Source: Trueperaceae bacterium
GTDB taxonomy: Bacteria > Deinococcota > Deinococci > Deinococcales > Trueperaceae
Direction of reading: 5' to 3'
DNA: 64,000 nt
Assembly: GCA_965214405.1 (NCBI GenBank)
Contig: OZ243956.1
Span: forward strand, 960,001 to 1,024,000
Below, in pieces: positions 27,629 to 36,312 of this stretch. The notes beneath the pieces were generated by a model. The model had not been told where the DNA came from and did not search any database. It saw nothing but the letters and a program-made list of their open reading frames with translations. Numbering within the stretch: position 1 is the stretch's first letter; the number at the start of each line of letters is the position of its first letter. Made by a program: the position numbers and the translations under genes.

Positions 27629-29899
27629 ATGACCTGCCCCTCCTGCCACGCCGCTACCCCGCCCAATACGCGCTTTTGCGGCATGTGCGGCGCGCCCCTG
27701 GCAAAGCACCCCGTGGAGCGCGAGCGGCGGCGGGTGAGCATGGTGTTTATCGACCTGGCGGGCTTTACCACCCTGACGCACGGCTTCGACCCCGAAGAAC
27801 TCCGCGACCTGGCCGACGAAATCCTCACGGTTATCGCGGGCATTATCGAAGATTACGACGGTCACGTCGACGCGTTTCAGGGCGACGGGTTAACGGCGCT
27901 TTTCGGCGCGCCGCGCTCGCACCCCGACGACCCCAAGCGGGCGGTGCTGGCCGCGGCGGCGGGGCTTAGGGCTATCGAGGCCATCGGGCGGAGCAAGGGC
28001 TACACGCTTAGAGGGCGCGCGGGCGTCAATACGGGCGTCGTTATCGCGGGGTCGGTGGGGTTGGGCCGCGTAAAGGACTATACCGTCATGGGTAGCGCGG
28101 TCAATTTAGCAGCGCGCTTAGAGGCCGCCGCGACGCCCGGCTCGGTGCTGGTGGGGGCCGAGACCTACGAGGCCACGCGTCACGCCTTGCGCTTTGCCGA
28201 GAGCCCGCCCCTCAAGCTCGCGGGCTTTCCCGACGTGACGCGCGCCTTTGAACTCGTCTCGACGGACTATCCGGCGCAAACGGACCCCAACGCCGGACTC
28301 GTCTTTGTCGGGAGAGAACGCGAACTGAGTCGATTAAAAGAAGCTTACGCGCAGGTGAGCGCGTCGGGGCGTCCCCAGCAACTCTGGCTCGTCGGCGAGG
28401 CGGGCAGCGGTAAAACGCGTCTCCTCAGGGAGTTTGTGGACGCGCTCGCTAAGCCGGAAGCCCTGTCGCCGGGAACCTTGTCGCCGGGAACCGTGTTGCC
28501 GGGAACCCTGTCGCCGGAAGCCCCATTGGCAGAAACCTTGTCGCCGGAACCCGGCCGGAGTACGCCCGTTTGGCTCCGCGAGCAGCCCGCCTTGGACGGC
28601 CGGAGCCCTCAATGGACGCAGCTCGCCGAGCAACTGTTCGGCCTCCTGCCCGCCGAGGACGAACACCTCAAGCGGCAGCGCGTGCTCGAGTATTTCAAAA
28701 CTCGCCTCAAAAATCTCAAAGACCGCGGTGAAGAGGGTGACGCGACCTGGCAAAAGAGCATCCTCGACAGCTTGGGTCTGGTCGAGCGCGACCGCCGCAA
28801 GGGGTCCCGCCCGCGCGCCCACGGCACCTACGCGCTCGCCTGGGTCCGCTTGCTTCGCCACGTCGCGTCGTCTGGCGCGTCGCCCCTCGTGGTGGTGGCG
28901 GACGTTCACTCGAGCAACCCCGGCCTAGAAGAGTTTTTCGGCGGCCTCCTGCGGAGCCGCGGTCCCGTGCTCATCTTGCGCACCAGCCGAACGCGCGAGG
29001 GAACCGCGTCCACCCAGACCCAGTCGCCGACGCACACGCTGGCGCTGACCCCGTTAAGTTTGAGCGAAAGCCAGGCACTTCTAGAGCAAGTTGCGAGCCC
29101 TCTACTCGCCCCCGCCACCCGCTCGCTGGTGACGCAGGCGGGCGGCGTCCCGGCGTATATTTTGGAATTGGGCCGCGCCCTGAGCATCACCCCGACGGGA
29201 TCTTTTTCGGGCTCGCTCACCTCTTTGTTACAGGCCAGACTGGATATGCTCCCGCCGCCCTCGAGGCGGCTTCTCGCCTACGTCGCCTCGACCGGCGAGC
29301 GCTGCTGGGAGGGCCTGGCGATTCACTTGGCAAACGGGCAACTCGCGGGAGGAGACGGGCGGGCGGCGCTAGACGCGCTCGTCGAGGCGGGTTTATTAAC
29401 CGAGGAGGGGGCCTCGAGCCTGCCCGGTGAGGTCGAGTACCGCTTTCAGAGCGAACTCTTGCGCTCTGCCGCAGAACGCCTCACGCCCTACGGCGACCGG
29501 GGCGCGCTGCACCGCCGCGTCGCGCTGTGGTTGGAGCAGCGCGCGCCCCTAGAGCTCTCCAAGCTCATCGGTCACCACTTCGAAAAGGCGGGGATGCTCG
29601 AGGCCGCCTATCCCCACTACTTAGCCGCCGCCGACTCCGCGGTCACGGCGCACAACTTAGACGCCGCTTTTGAAATTTTCGAGCACCTGCTCGCTTTGGA
29701 CCTTACGCCCACGCTCCGGGCGCAAGGCGCGCTCGCCTACGCGCAGGCGGCGCTGGGGGCGGGCGACCCGAAGCGTGCGCACGTCCAACTGAGCGCGGCC
29801 AGAGGAGGGCTCGAGCACCTCCCGGAAACGGCAGGCGAGCTAAAAAGCGTCTACGAAAAGCTCCGCGGGGAAGTCGCGCGCCTGCTGACGCCTACCTGA
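27629..29899 (+). CDS. Class III nucleotide cyclase with zinc ribbon, P-loop ATPase and helical C-terminus
   Basis: CPSC...CGMCG ribbon, FIDLAGFT, FQGDG, GSAVNLAARL, FVGRERE and Walker A GEAGSGKT. Confidence 0.9.
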   Translation: MTCPSCHAATPPNTRFCGMCGAPLAKHPVERERRRVSMVFIDLAGFTTLTHGFDPEELRDLADEILTVIAGIIEDYDGHVDAFQGDGLTALFGAPRSHPDDPKRAVLAAAAGLRAIEAIGRSKGYTLRGRAGVNTGVVIAGSVGLGRVKDYTVMGSAVNLAARLEAAATPGSVLVGAETYEATRHALRFAESPPLKLAGFPDVTRAFELVSTDYPAQTDPNAGLVFVGRERELSRLKEAYAQVSASGRPQQLWLVGEAGSGKTRLLREFVDALAKPEALSPGTLSPGTVLPGTLSPEAPLAETLSPEPGRSTPVWLREQPALDGRSPQWTQLAEQLFGLLPAEDEHLKRQRVLEYFKTRLKNLKDRGEEGDATWQKSILDSLGLVERDRRKGSRPRAHGTYALAWVRLLRHVASSGASPLVVVADVHSSNPGLEEFFGGLLRSRGPVLILRTSRTREGTASTQTQSPTHTLALTPLSLSESQALLEQVASPLLAPATRSLVTQAGGVPAYILELGRALSITPTGSFSGSLTSLLQARLDMLPPPSRRLLAYVASTGERCWEGLAIHLANGQLAGGDGRAALDALVEAGLLTEEGASSLPGEVEYRFQSELLRSAAERLTPYGDRGALHRRVALWLEQRAPLELSKLIGHHFEKAGMLEAAYPHYLAAADSAVTAHNLDAAFEIFEHLLALDLTPTLRAQGALAYAQAALGAGDPKRAHVQLSAARGGLEHLPETAGELKSVYEKLRGEVARLLTPT
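28457..28546 (+). repeat. In-frame 15-bp tandem repeat (6 imperfect units) inside the cyclase gene
   Basis: Units gaagccctgtcgccg / ggaaccttgtcgccg / ggaaccgtgttgccg / ggaaccctgtcgccg / gaagccccattggca / gaaaccttgtcgccg. Confidence 0.9.
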
Positions 29900-30016
29900 G
29901 TTTTTATCGTTCTTACTGCTCACCTCCTCACCGCCCACCTCCTCACCACCCACCTCGCCATTCACGTCGGTAGATAGAAAAAGTGCAGGGGGAGCGGCAA
30001 GATACCTTCAGAAAAT

Positions 30017-30832
30017 TCAAGAGGTCTCGGCGAATACCACGAACCACTCCTTGAAACTCGGCTCGACCTCGAGCAGCGCGCCCGCCACGTCGCCGCGGCT
30101 ACGGGCACCCGCGGCGCGCATGGCGAGGGGAAAGTCCCAGCCGCGCGTTCGCGCGAGTTCGGCGGCGCGCAGCGTGAACACGCCCTGAAACCAGAGCAGG
30201 TTGTCAAAAGACAGGCGCACCCGCGGGTACTCGAACGCGCCCAAGTCGGCGCGGTTTGCGGCGCTGCCCGCGACTTGGACCCTCGCCCACTGGGCAAAGC
30301 GCGCGAGCACGTCCTCCGCCCCCGCCTCACGCAACGCGAGCAGAAACAAATAGGTCGCCATAAACTCGTCGAGCCATTTGACCCGGAAACGCAGCCCCGA
30401 GAGATTGGCCGCCGCGTGCCCCCACTCGTGACCGATGAGCAGGTCCAAAAACTCGCGCACGTCGCCCGGCGCGCGTTCGCCCGCCCCAGCCGCGCGCAAG
30501 AGCACGTCGTCAAAGCGGCGCAAGAGGCGCGGCGGATAGTCCGCCGCCGCGACGATGCTCACGCCCGCGCCCTTGGGTTTGCTGCGGGTAAAGGGCAGGC
30601 CGTAAGGATACGAAAAGAGCCGCCGCCAGTCCCCCGAGCCAATCACGAGGAGTTCTGCGCCCTGGAGCGGTCCCAGAGGGGTCGCGGCCTCAGACAGACC
30701 CTTCAAAAAACCCTGCAACTGCCCCGCGCGTCGGCGCGCCCCGCCGGAAAACCGCGCCGCCAGCACCGGGTCGGGCAGCTCCTGCAAATACACCTTGCGC
30801 TCAAAAGGGTCGCTCACGCCCCAGTGTTGCAT
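30017..30832 (-). CDS. Hypothetical protein with a gluzincin-like HExxH...E motif
   Basis: HEWGH followed by WLDEF. Start set at MQHWG. Confidence 0.65.
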   Translation of the reverse strand: MQHWGVSDPFERKVYLQELPDPVLAARFSGGARRRAGQLQGFLKGLSEAATPLGPLQGAELLVIGSGDWRRLFSYPYGLPFTRSKPKGAGVSIVAAADYPPRLLRRFDDVLLRAAGAGERAPGDVREFLDLLIGHEWGHAAANLSGLRFRVKWLDEFMATYLFLLALREAGAEDVLARFAQWARVQVAGSAANRADLGAFEYPRVRLSFDNLLWFQGVFTLRAAELARTRGWDFPLAMRAAGARSRGDVAGALLEVEPSFKEWFVVFAETS

Positions 30833-30920
30833 ACTTGCGTGTGACGTATCCGAATGTTCCCCGTCCGCTTCACATCCTGCCCCTTGTTTCCCCGCGTCTC
30901 CCGTACGCGCAAGCTCTTCT

Positions 30921-31002
30921 CGAGTCTTTTTGGGAGCGCTCAAGGCGGTAAAAACCCAGCACCGAGTCGAAGATAATCTCAGGCCTCGGTACCGGGTACT
31001 CG
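30921..31002 (+). promoter_or_regulatory. Possible variant glycine-riboswitch-like structured RNA
   Basis: GGGAGCG...GCACCGAG...AATCTCAGGC...TACCG, closed by CGAGT/ACTCG pairing, upstream of the dehydratase. It departs from the canonical consensus. Confidence 0.35.
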
Positions 31003-31113
31003 GCACGTTTCCAGCAAAGCAGAAAAGCGTTTGCCGGTTTGAACTCGACAAAAGCCTGCCATGCGCGTTGCGGCACAACCAAAATGAGTAAAAGGATGTA
31101 TAACGTGTAAATC

Positions 31114-32106
31114 ATGCTCATCCCTCTTCACAAGGTTCAGGAGGCGCGCGCGCGACTTGCACCCTACCTTGAGCCCTCCCCAGTCAAGTTTTCCGAACAT
31201 TACAGCGAGCACCTGGACGCGCGGGTGGTGTGTAAGCTCGAGCTCCTTTTGCCCACCCACGCCTTTAAGGTGCGGGGCGCGCTCAATGCGCTGCTGAGTC
31301 TGCCCGAGAGGCAACGCGCGCGGGGCGTCGTCACCGCCTCGGCGGGGAACCACGGCTCAGGGCTCGCTTACGCGGGCGCGCGGACGGGCACGGGGGTGAC
31401 GGTCGTGCTCCCCATAAACACGCCGCAGGTTCGCATCGACGCCATCCGGGCGTTGGGGGGCGACGTTATCGTTTGCGGCGAAGACTGGAACGAGGCGAAC
31501 GCGCTCGCGCTCACGCTCACCGAGGCTCGAGGCTTGGTTTACGTGAGCCCCTTTGACGACCCCGCCGTCATGGCGGGTCAGGGCACGGTTGGGCTGGAGC
31601 TGCTCGAGCAGGTGCCCGACCTAGACATGGTCGTCGTGTCGGTCGGCGGCGGCGGGCTCATCTCGGGCGTCGCCTCGGCGATAAAAGCGATCAAGCCTGC
31701 CGTGCGTATGATCGGCGTCGAGACGGAGGGCGCGGACTGCATGGCGCAGTCCTTAAAGGCAGGCCACCTTGTTGAATTACCCCGCTTCGGCTCGATTGCC
31801 CAAAGTTTAGGCACCAAACGCTCCACCGACCGCCCCTTCGAAATCGTCCGCGAGCTCGTCGAGCGCGTCGAGGTCGTGTCCGACGAGGCCGCGCTGCGCG
31901 ACCTTCTCACGCTCCTCAACACCGAAAAGCTCCTCGTCGAGCCCGCCGCCTCTTGTACCCTGTCGGTCCTAACCGCGGGCCTCGTCCCCGACCTGCGCGG
32001 CAAAACGGTCGTGCCCATCCTCTGCGGCGGCAACATCACGCTGACGCACGTGCTGGGCTGGTTAGAAAAGTTCAACCTGATGGGAGAAACAGTGGTGAGT
32101 GGTTAG
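31114..32106 (+). CDS. PLP-dependent threonine/serine dehydratase (no regulatory domain)
   Basis: KLE...FKVRGA, ASAGNHG, AGQGTVGLE, GGGGLISG, LVEPAA and ILCGGN. Confidence 0.92.
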   Translation: MLIPLHKVQEARARLAPYLEPSPVKFSEHYSEHLDARVVCKLELLLPTHAFKVRGALNALLSLPERQRARGVVTASAGNHGSGLAYAGARTGTGVTVVLPINTPQVRIDAIRALGGDVIVCGEDWNEANALALTLTEARGLVYVSPFDDPAVMAGQGTVGLELLEQVPDLDMVVVSVGGGGLISGVASAIKAIKPAVRMIGVETEGADCMAQSLKAGHLVELPRFGSIAQSLGTKRSTDRPFEIVRELVERVEVVSDEAALRDLLTLLNTEKLLVEPAASCTLSVLTAGLVPDLRGKTVVPILCGGNITLTHVLGWLEKFNLMGETVVSG

Positions 32107-32155
32107 TGGCTAGCGATCAGCCCTTCTAGCCACTCATCACTAACCGTTAACCACT
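32091..32155. repeat. Inverted array of AGTGGNN heptamers
   Basis: agtggtg agtggtt agtggct agcgatc, followed by complementary units ctagcca ctcatca ctaaccg ttaacca ct. Confidence 0.7.
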
Positions 32156-32216
32156 GCCTTATTCTGTGACCAACGCCCTTTCTCACGCGTTTTTTCCGTT
32201 GCTATACTCTGCTTCT

Positions 32217-33302
32217 ATGCTTCACAGAATCGACTTACAAGCACTCGCCGAGCGCAAGGGACCCGAGCGCTCTTTTTTGAGTCTTTACGTATCCGCCAAA
32301 GACGCCCTGAACAAGCTCGACGGGCGCATCCGCCGGGTTCGGGATATGCTAGACGACGCGGACGAGGCGGAGCATTTTGACAAGAACCTCGAGCTCATCC
32401 AGACTTACCTAGATGAAAACCCCTTTGCGTCCGCCTCGATGTGCCTCTTCGCCTGCTGGGCCACGGACTATCTGCACGTGTTCCCGCTCGACGTAGAAGT
32501 TCCTGACCTCCTCTGGGTGGACTCCTCGCCCTACATCCGCCCCCTGGCCGAACTCAAAGACGAGCTGGAAACGTTTGTCGTGGTGACCGCCGACAACACC
32601 GACACCCACATCTACACCGTGACCTCCGCCGAGCCGAGCGAGGAGGAGCGCGTCAAGGGCGACATCAAAAATCACGTGAGAAAGGGCGGCTGGTCGCAGC
32701 AGCGTTACGCGCGGCGGCGCGAAAAAGAGCTCCTGCACTACGCCAAAGAAGTAGCCGAGGTTCTGGCCGATATCGAGAAAAAAGGACGCTTCGACCGCCT
32801 CTTTTTGGTCGGCTCGGACGAGGCCATGCGCGAGATCGAGGCCGTACTCCCCAACGCGGTACTGAACAAGCTCGTCGGCAAGCGCGCGGTCGACTTGCAC
32901 CAGGAGGACGAGGTCTGGGAGCGCGTCTTTGAGATGTTCACCAAAGAAGAGCGCGCCGCCGAACGAAGCCTGTGGGAAACCATCAAAAACGAATATCTGC
33001 GCGGCGGCCAGGCGGTGACCGGCGTAAAGGCGACCTTGGAGGCCGCCGCCGTGGGCCGCGCGAGAAAGATGATCGTCACGCGCGACGCGAAGATAGCCGG
33101 GACGCGCTGCCGGGACTGCGAGAACTTGAGCGAGGGCGCGACCCCTGCGTGTCCGGTGTGTAACTCCGACTCGGTCTTTACCGTAGATTTGGTGAACGAG
33201 CTCGTCGAACTCGTGGCCGGGAGCGGCGGCGAGACCGAGTTCTCGGACCACATCCGCGGCCTCACCAAGGCGGGGCACGTGGCGGCGCTCCTGCGTTACT
33301 GA
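32217..33302 (+). CDS. aeRF1/Vms1-like peptide release factor homologue (baeRF10-like)
   Basis: KGGWSQQRYARR loop, CRDC...CPVC zinc finger and C-terminal AALLRY. Confidence 0.85.
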   Translation: MLHRIDLQALAERKGPERSFLSLYVSAKDALNKLDGRIRRVRDMLDDADEAEHFDKNLELIQTYLDENPFASASMCLFACWATDYLHVFPLDVEVPDLLWVDSSPYIRPLAELKDELETFVVVTADNTDTHIYTVTSAEPSEEERVKGDIKNHVRKGGWSQQRYARRREKELLHYAKEVAEVLADIEKKGRFDRLFLVGSDEAMREIEAVLPNAVLNKLVGKRAVDLHQEDEVWERVFEMFTKEERAAERSLWETIKNEYLRGGQAVTGVKATLEAAAVGRARKMIVTRDAKIAGTRCRDCENLSEGATPACPVCNSDSVFTVDLVNELVELVAGSGGETEFSDHIRGLTKAGHVAALLRY

Positions 33303-33697
33303 GCGCCCGCCGCGCCCCTTTCTCGCCGCTCGGCGACGAGCACCAAGACGCCCGCCGGGACGAACAGCCACAGCCCCGAGACCGGCAAAACGATGACGCT
33401 GAGCGCGGCGACGCCGCTGAGCCCCCAGCCGAGCACCCTCGGCGCGGGCACGCGGCCCGTCTGCGCGTAGCCCCACTGCACCACGAAACCGAGCAAGAAG
33501 AGCGGCCAGGTAAACATCAAGAACCAAAAGGCGCTAAGCATCTCGAACGACCAGCCGAGACCGCCCCCGACGCCCGCTCCGAGGATTTCTTGGAGCGGGC
33601 CGCCGAACAGAACGAAACTGACGACGAGGTGAACCGCGGCGAACGCCATGAGTACAAAGCCCACCAAGCGGGCCAGAGGACGCGGTGGCGGGCTCAC
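33296..33697 (-). CDS. Membrane protein (DUF6463-like)
   Basis: Four hydrophobic segments with 'VHL', 'AFWF' and 'PVSGLWL' motifs. Confidence 0.7.
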   Translation of the reverse strand: MSPPPRPLARLVGFVLMAFAAVHLVVSFVLFGGPLQEILGAGVGGGLGWSFEMLSAFWFLMFTWPLFLLGFVVQWGYAQTGRVPAPRVLGWGLSGVAALSVIVLPVSGLWLFVPAGVLVLVAERRERGAAGAQ

Positions 33698-34131
33698 CGC
33701 GCCTCTAGCCCTTCAGATGCGACCTGTGTTGAGGGTGCTCGAGCAAAAAGGGCGCGAAGCGGCACCGCGTATACGAAACCCGCCGTAACAAGCGCGAAAG
33801 AGATGACGAAGGGCAGGGCGCGCGGGTCCCCCTGAAGGCTCAGCGGGATACCGACCGTGGCGATCCAGAGGGTCTTGTACACAATCTGCACCATGAAAAT
33901 GCCCACCAAAGGCAGCGGATAAAGGAGGCCGAGCGCGGAAAGCAAGCCGATGGCGAGCCAGACGCTACCGGTCACACCGAACAACAAGCCGTCTTGCGCC
34001 ACTGCGCCAAACATGTAAGCCTGAGCGAATCGCGGGAAAAAGACGACCAGAAAGCCGGGAACGCCTGCGCCCACAACGTTGGCAGCGTACATGACCCTCA
34101 TCCAGTTTAGGCGAACGGGAGCATTCATCAT
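33694..34131 (-). CDS. Hypothetical membrane protein
   Basis: Four TM segments with QIVYKTLW; AGGA RBS; overlaps the next gene by 4 nt. Confidence 0.75.
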   Translation of the reverse strand: MMNAPVRLNWMRVMYAANVVGAGVPGFLVVFFPRFAQAYMFGAVAQDGLLFGVTGSVWLAIGLLSALGLLYPLPLVGIFMVQIVYKTLWIATVGIPLSLQGDPRALPFVISFALVTAGFVYAVPLRALFARAPSTQVASEGLEAR

Positions 34132-34146
34132 CTTCCTTTCTTGGGG

Positions 34147-34668
34147 CTACCAGTGCCCCTGAATACGGCGGGCGCGAACGGACACCACCATGAGCATAAA
34201 GGCGCTCACCACCGCGCTCACCAAAACGGTGACGGCGAAGACGGCCAACAACGGTCCCGTGTACGGGCCGACCGTACGGACAAACCAGGCCAGATGAGCT
34301 TGAGGTGCCGCGTCGTAGAGGTCGGTCGCCTGAGGCTGGAGGTAGGGCGTATAGATATCCCGAACAGGCTCCGCGATGAAGGGGGGTACAAAATGCGTTG
34401 TGCCGACCAAAACGAGCGACATTAGGCCGTAGACGAACCAGTAGCCCGCCCATACGCGGCCTCGAGTCATGGCCGCAAGACCCAGAACAAAAAGCGGATA
34501 GGCCATCAGGCTGTAGGTAAAAGGGTTGACCTCGCTTATGGCGGGCCAACCCACGTGATTACCGCGCACGAGGTGGTCGAGGTGATGGAGCGAGCCGAAG
34601 AGAAACACCGACATAAGTGTTAAGAAAATCCAGCGGCGGAGCTTGGGCGGTTGGCTATTGAACGTCAT
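34147..34668 (-). CDS. Hypothetical membrane protein with a His-rich motif
   Basis: Hydrophobic segments and HHLDHLVRGNHVGWP. ATGA coupling with the upstream gene. Confidence 0.75.
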   Translation of the reverse strand: MTFNSQPPKLRRWIFLTLMSVFLFGSLHHLDHLVRGNHVGWPAISEVNPFTYSLMAYPLFVLGLAAMTRGRVWAGYWFVYGLMSLVLVGTTHFVPPFIAEPVRDIYTPYLQPQATDLYDAAPQAHLAWFVRTVGPYTGPLLAVFAVTVLVSAVVSAFMLMVVSVRARRIQGHW

Positions 34669-35012
34669 GCGCGCTCCCAAAAATGCTTGTAACGCCCCAC
34701 CATGAAAAGCCCTAACGCAAAGAGACCTACCGGAAAGACGCCCAGCGAGAACAGCCCGAACGAAAAGATGCCGATGGAAAAGACGCCGAACGAGAAAATG
34801 CCCGCCGAGAAGACCCCGGTCGAGAAGAGTCCGGAGCTAAAAAATCCCACCGAGAACTCGCCGACGGCGAACACACCCGCCGCGAAGTTGCCAGCGGCGA
34901 AGTAGGCCCGCGCGAACGCCCCCGCGCCGAAAGGCTGGTTGACGAGCAAAAGGCCAAAGAGAGCGAGAACGATGGCGAGACCAGGCCCAACCCAGTAATA
35001 GAACGTTTTCAC
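34665..35012 (-). CDS. Small membrane protein with G-x-F-[AS]-x pentapeptide repeats
   Basis: About 11 tandem units such as GNFAA GVFAV GEFSV GFFSS GLFST; GAGG RBS. Confidence 0.75.
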   Translation of the reverse strand: MKTFYYWVGPGLAIVLALFGLLLVNQPFGAGAFARAYFAAGNFAAGVFAVGEFSVGFFSSGLFSTGVFSAGIFSFGVFSIGIFSFGLFSLGVFPVGLFALGLFMVGRYKHFWERA

Positions 35013-35062
35013 GGTTTTTCCTCTCTGCGGCTCGAGCCGCGGCTCAGCTACTCCGGGGTCGC

Positions 35063-35088
35063 CGGTAGGGCCGCGAATGGCCCTACCG
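35063..35088. repeat. Intra-operon hairpin (10-bp stem, GTAG at the base)
   Basis: cggtagggcc-gcgaat-ggccctaccg. Confidence 0.6.
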
Positions 35089-35104
35089 ACGTTGGCAAAT
35101 CGCC

Positions 35105-35380
35105 TTAAGGCTGCGCGCTGGCTTTGCTCGAGCCCTCCTTCCCTCCAGCTTTCTTGGACCCGCAGGACCCGAACCAGAAAGGGTTAAAGCCGAGCAGGCT
35201 AAAGCCCGCGAACATCAGGCCGGGAATCAAGAACCAGGGCGGGATGAAGAGGAGCGACGCCAGGGCGAGGAGGCCAATACCGAGCGCGCGCCGCATCGCG
35301 GTGTTGTGCCGCACGCGCGCAACCATGTTCTCTCCCTCGCGGACAAACGTAACCAGGGTGCTGTCTTGGGTATTTTTCAT
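35105..35380 (-). CDS. Small hypothetical membrane protein
   Basis: Starts at MKNTQ after AAGGAG; two hydrophobic segments; ATGA coupling. Confidence 0.7.
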   Translation of the reverse strand: MKNTQDSTLVTFVREGENMVARVRHNTAMRRALGIGLLALASLLFIPPWFLIPGLMFAGFSLLGFNPFWFGSCGSKKAGGKEGSSKASAQP

Positions 35381-35586
35381 GCCGTTCTCCTTTTTAACCA
35401 AGCGTTGAGTTTGGGCTGCTGCCAGAGCGCGAGACCCGACAGGCTGACGAGCGGAATGGCGAGCGTCTGAACGAGAAGCGCGTACCACGTCACCTCACGC
35501 AACGGCGAATAGACGAAGACGATGAGCAGCACGCCGACAACAAGGTGCAGCCAGCGCAGGCTCTGACGAAGGCGTTTGTTGGACAT
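35377..35586 (-). CDS. Small 2-TM protein
   Basis: LRWLHLVVG...SGLALWQ; AAGGAG RBS. Confidence 0.75.
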   Translation of the reverse strand: MSNKRLRQSLRWLHLVVGVLLIVFVYSPLREVTWYALLVQTLAIPLVSLSGLALWQQPKLNAWLKRRTA

Positions 35587-35603
35587 CTACGGCTCCTTTT
35601 TTA

Positions 35604-35618
35604 GTGAAGCACGTTCAC
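35604..35618. promoter_or_regulatory. Putative TetR operator GTGAA-N5-TTCAC
   Basis: gtgaagcacgttcac; related copies at 36261, 36291 and 36405. Confidence 0.7.
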
Positions 35619-35634
35619 TGTATGAAGAAAAAAA

Positions 35635-36237
35635 TTAGGCGAGGGGTTTAAGGCCAGCTCTTATCATTTCAAACGCTTCCTCCATCGCCTCCTTTCCCTG
35701 TGCTTCGCTAATAAACGGCATGGCGTCCGCGAGCATCAGCAGACCGTGGAGTTGACCCCACAGAACGTGCGCGACCGCCTCGACCCTGCCCTGCCGGATA
35801 ACGCCCGCCTGCATCGCCTCGCCGACCGCCTCGAAGAGGTAGCTCAGTTTGTCCACGCCGGGCACCTCGCGCTCGCCGAACAAGTAGTCGGTCTTATCCA
35901 CGAACATCAGGTAGTAAGGTGCCGGGTGGTCGAAAGCAAACTGCACGTAAGCGCGGCCCAACGCAAAGATGCGCTCGAGCGGGTCGTCGGTCGACCCCTT
36001 GGCCTCTTCTAAACGCGCGCCGAATTCCACAAAGGCGTCTTCGATGGCGGCGTAGATGAGGTCGTTTTTGTTCTCGAAATAGCGGTAGACGTTGGTGGTG
36101 GTAAAACCCACCTTTTTGCCCACTTTTGCCAGGGTCAACCCGTCGTACCCATGTTCGACCAACAATTCACCCGCCGCCTCGAGCATCGCCTTGCGGACTT
36201 TGGCTTTGTCTTCGTCGCTGCGGTTGCGGGTGGTCAC
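35635..36237 (-). CDS. TetR-family regulator (WHG-type C-terminus)
   Basis: N-terminal HTH (GYDGLTLAKVGKKVGFTTTNVYRYFENK) and LWGQLHG. AAGGAG RBS precedes GTG 36237. Confidence 0.92.
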   Translation of the reverse strand: MTTRNRSDEDKAKVRKAMLEAAGELLVEHGYDGLTLAKVGKKVGFTTTNVYRYFENKNDLIYAAIEDAFVEFGARLEEAKGSTDDPLERIFALGRAYVQFAFDHPAPYYLMFVDKTDYLFGEREVPGVDKLSYLFEAVGEAMQAGVIRQGRVEAVAHVLWGQLHGLLMLADAMPFISEAQGKEAMEEAFEMIRAGLKPLA

Positions 36238-36260
36238 GGTCAACTCCTTTCTATGAATTA

Positions 36261-36312
36261 GTGAATTGCTTTCACTTGAAAAAAGTATAAGTGAATGTTG
36301 CTCACTTGTCAA
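36261..36312 (-). promoter_or_regulatory. Sigma70 promoter TTGACA-17-TATACT with two overlapping palindromic operators
   Basis: -35 at 36312-36307 and -10 at 36289-36284. Operators at 36291-36305 (in the spacer) and 36261-36275. Confidence 0.82.

Noticed and set aside
32409..33527. 372-aa antisense ORF, and similar long shadow ORFs such as 51031..51999
   Set aside because: They lie opposite well-supported genes, which is expected in high-GC DNA, and carry no recognisable motifs.
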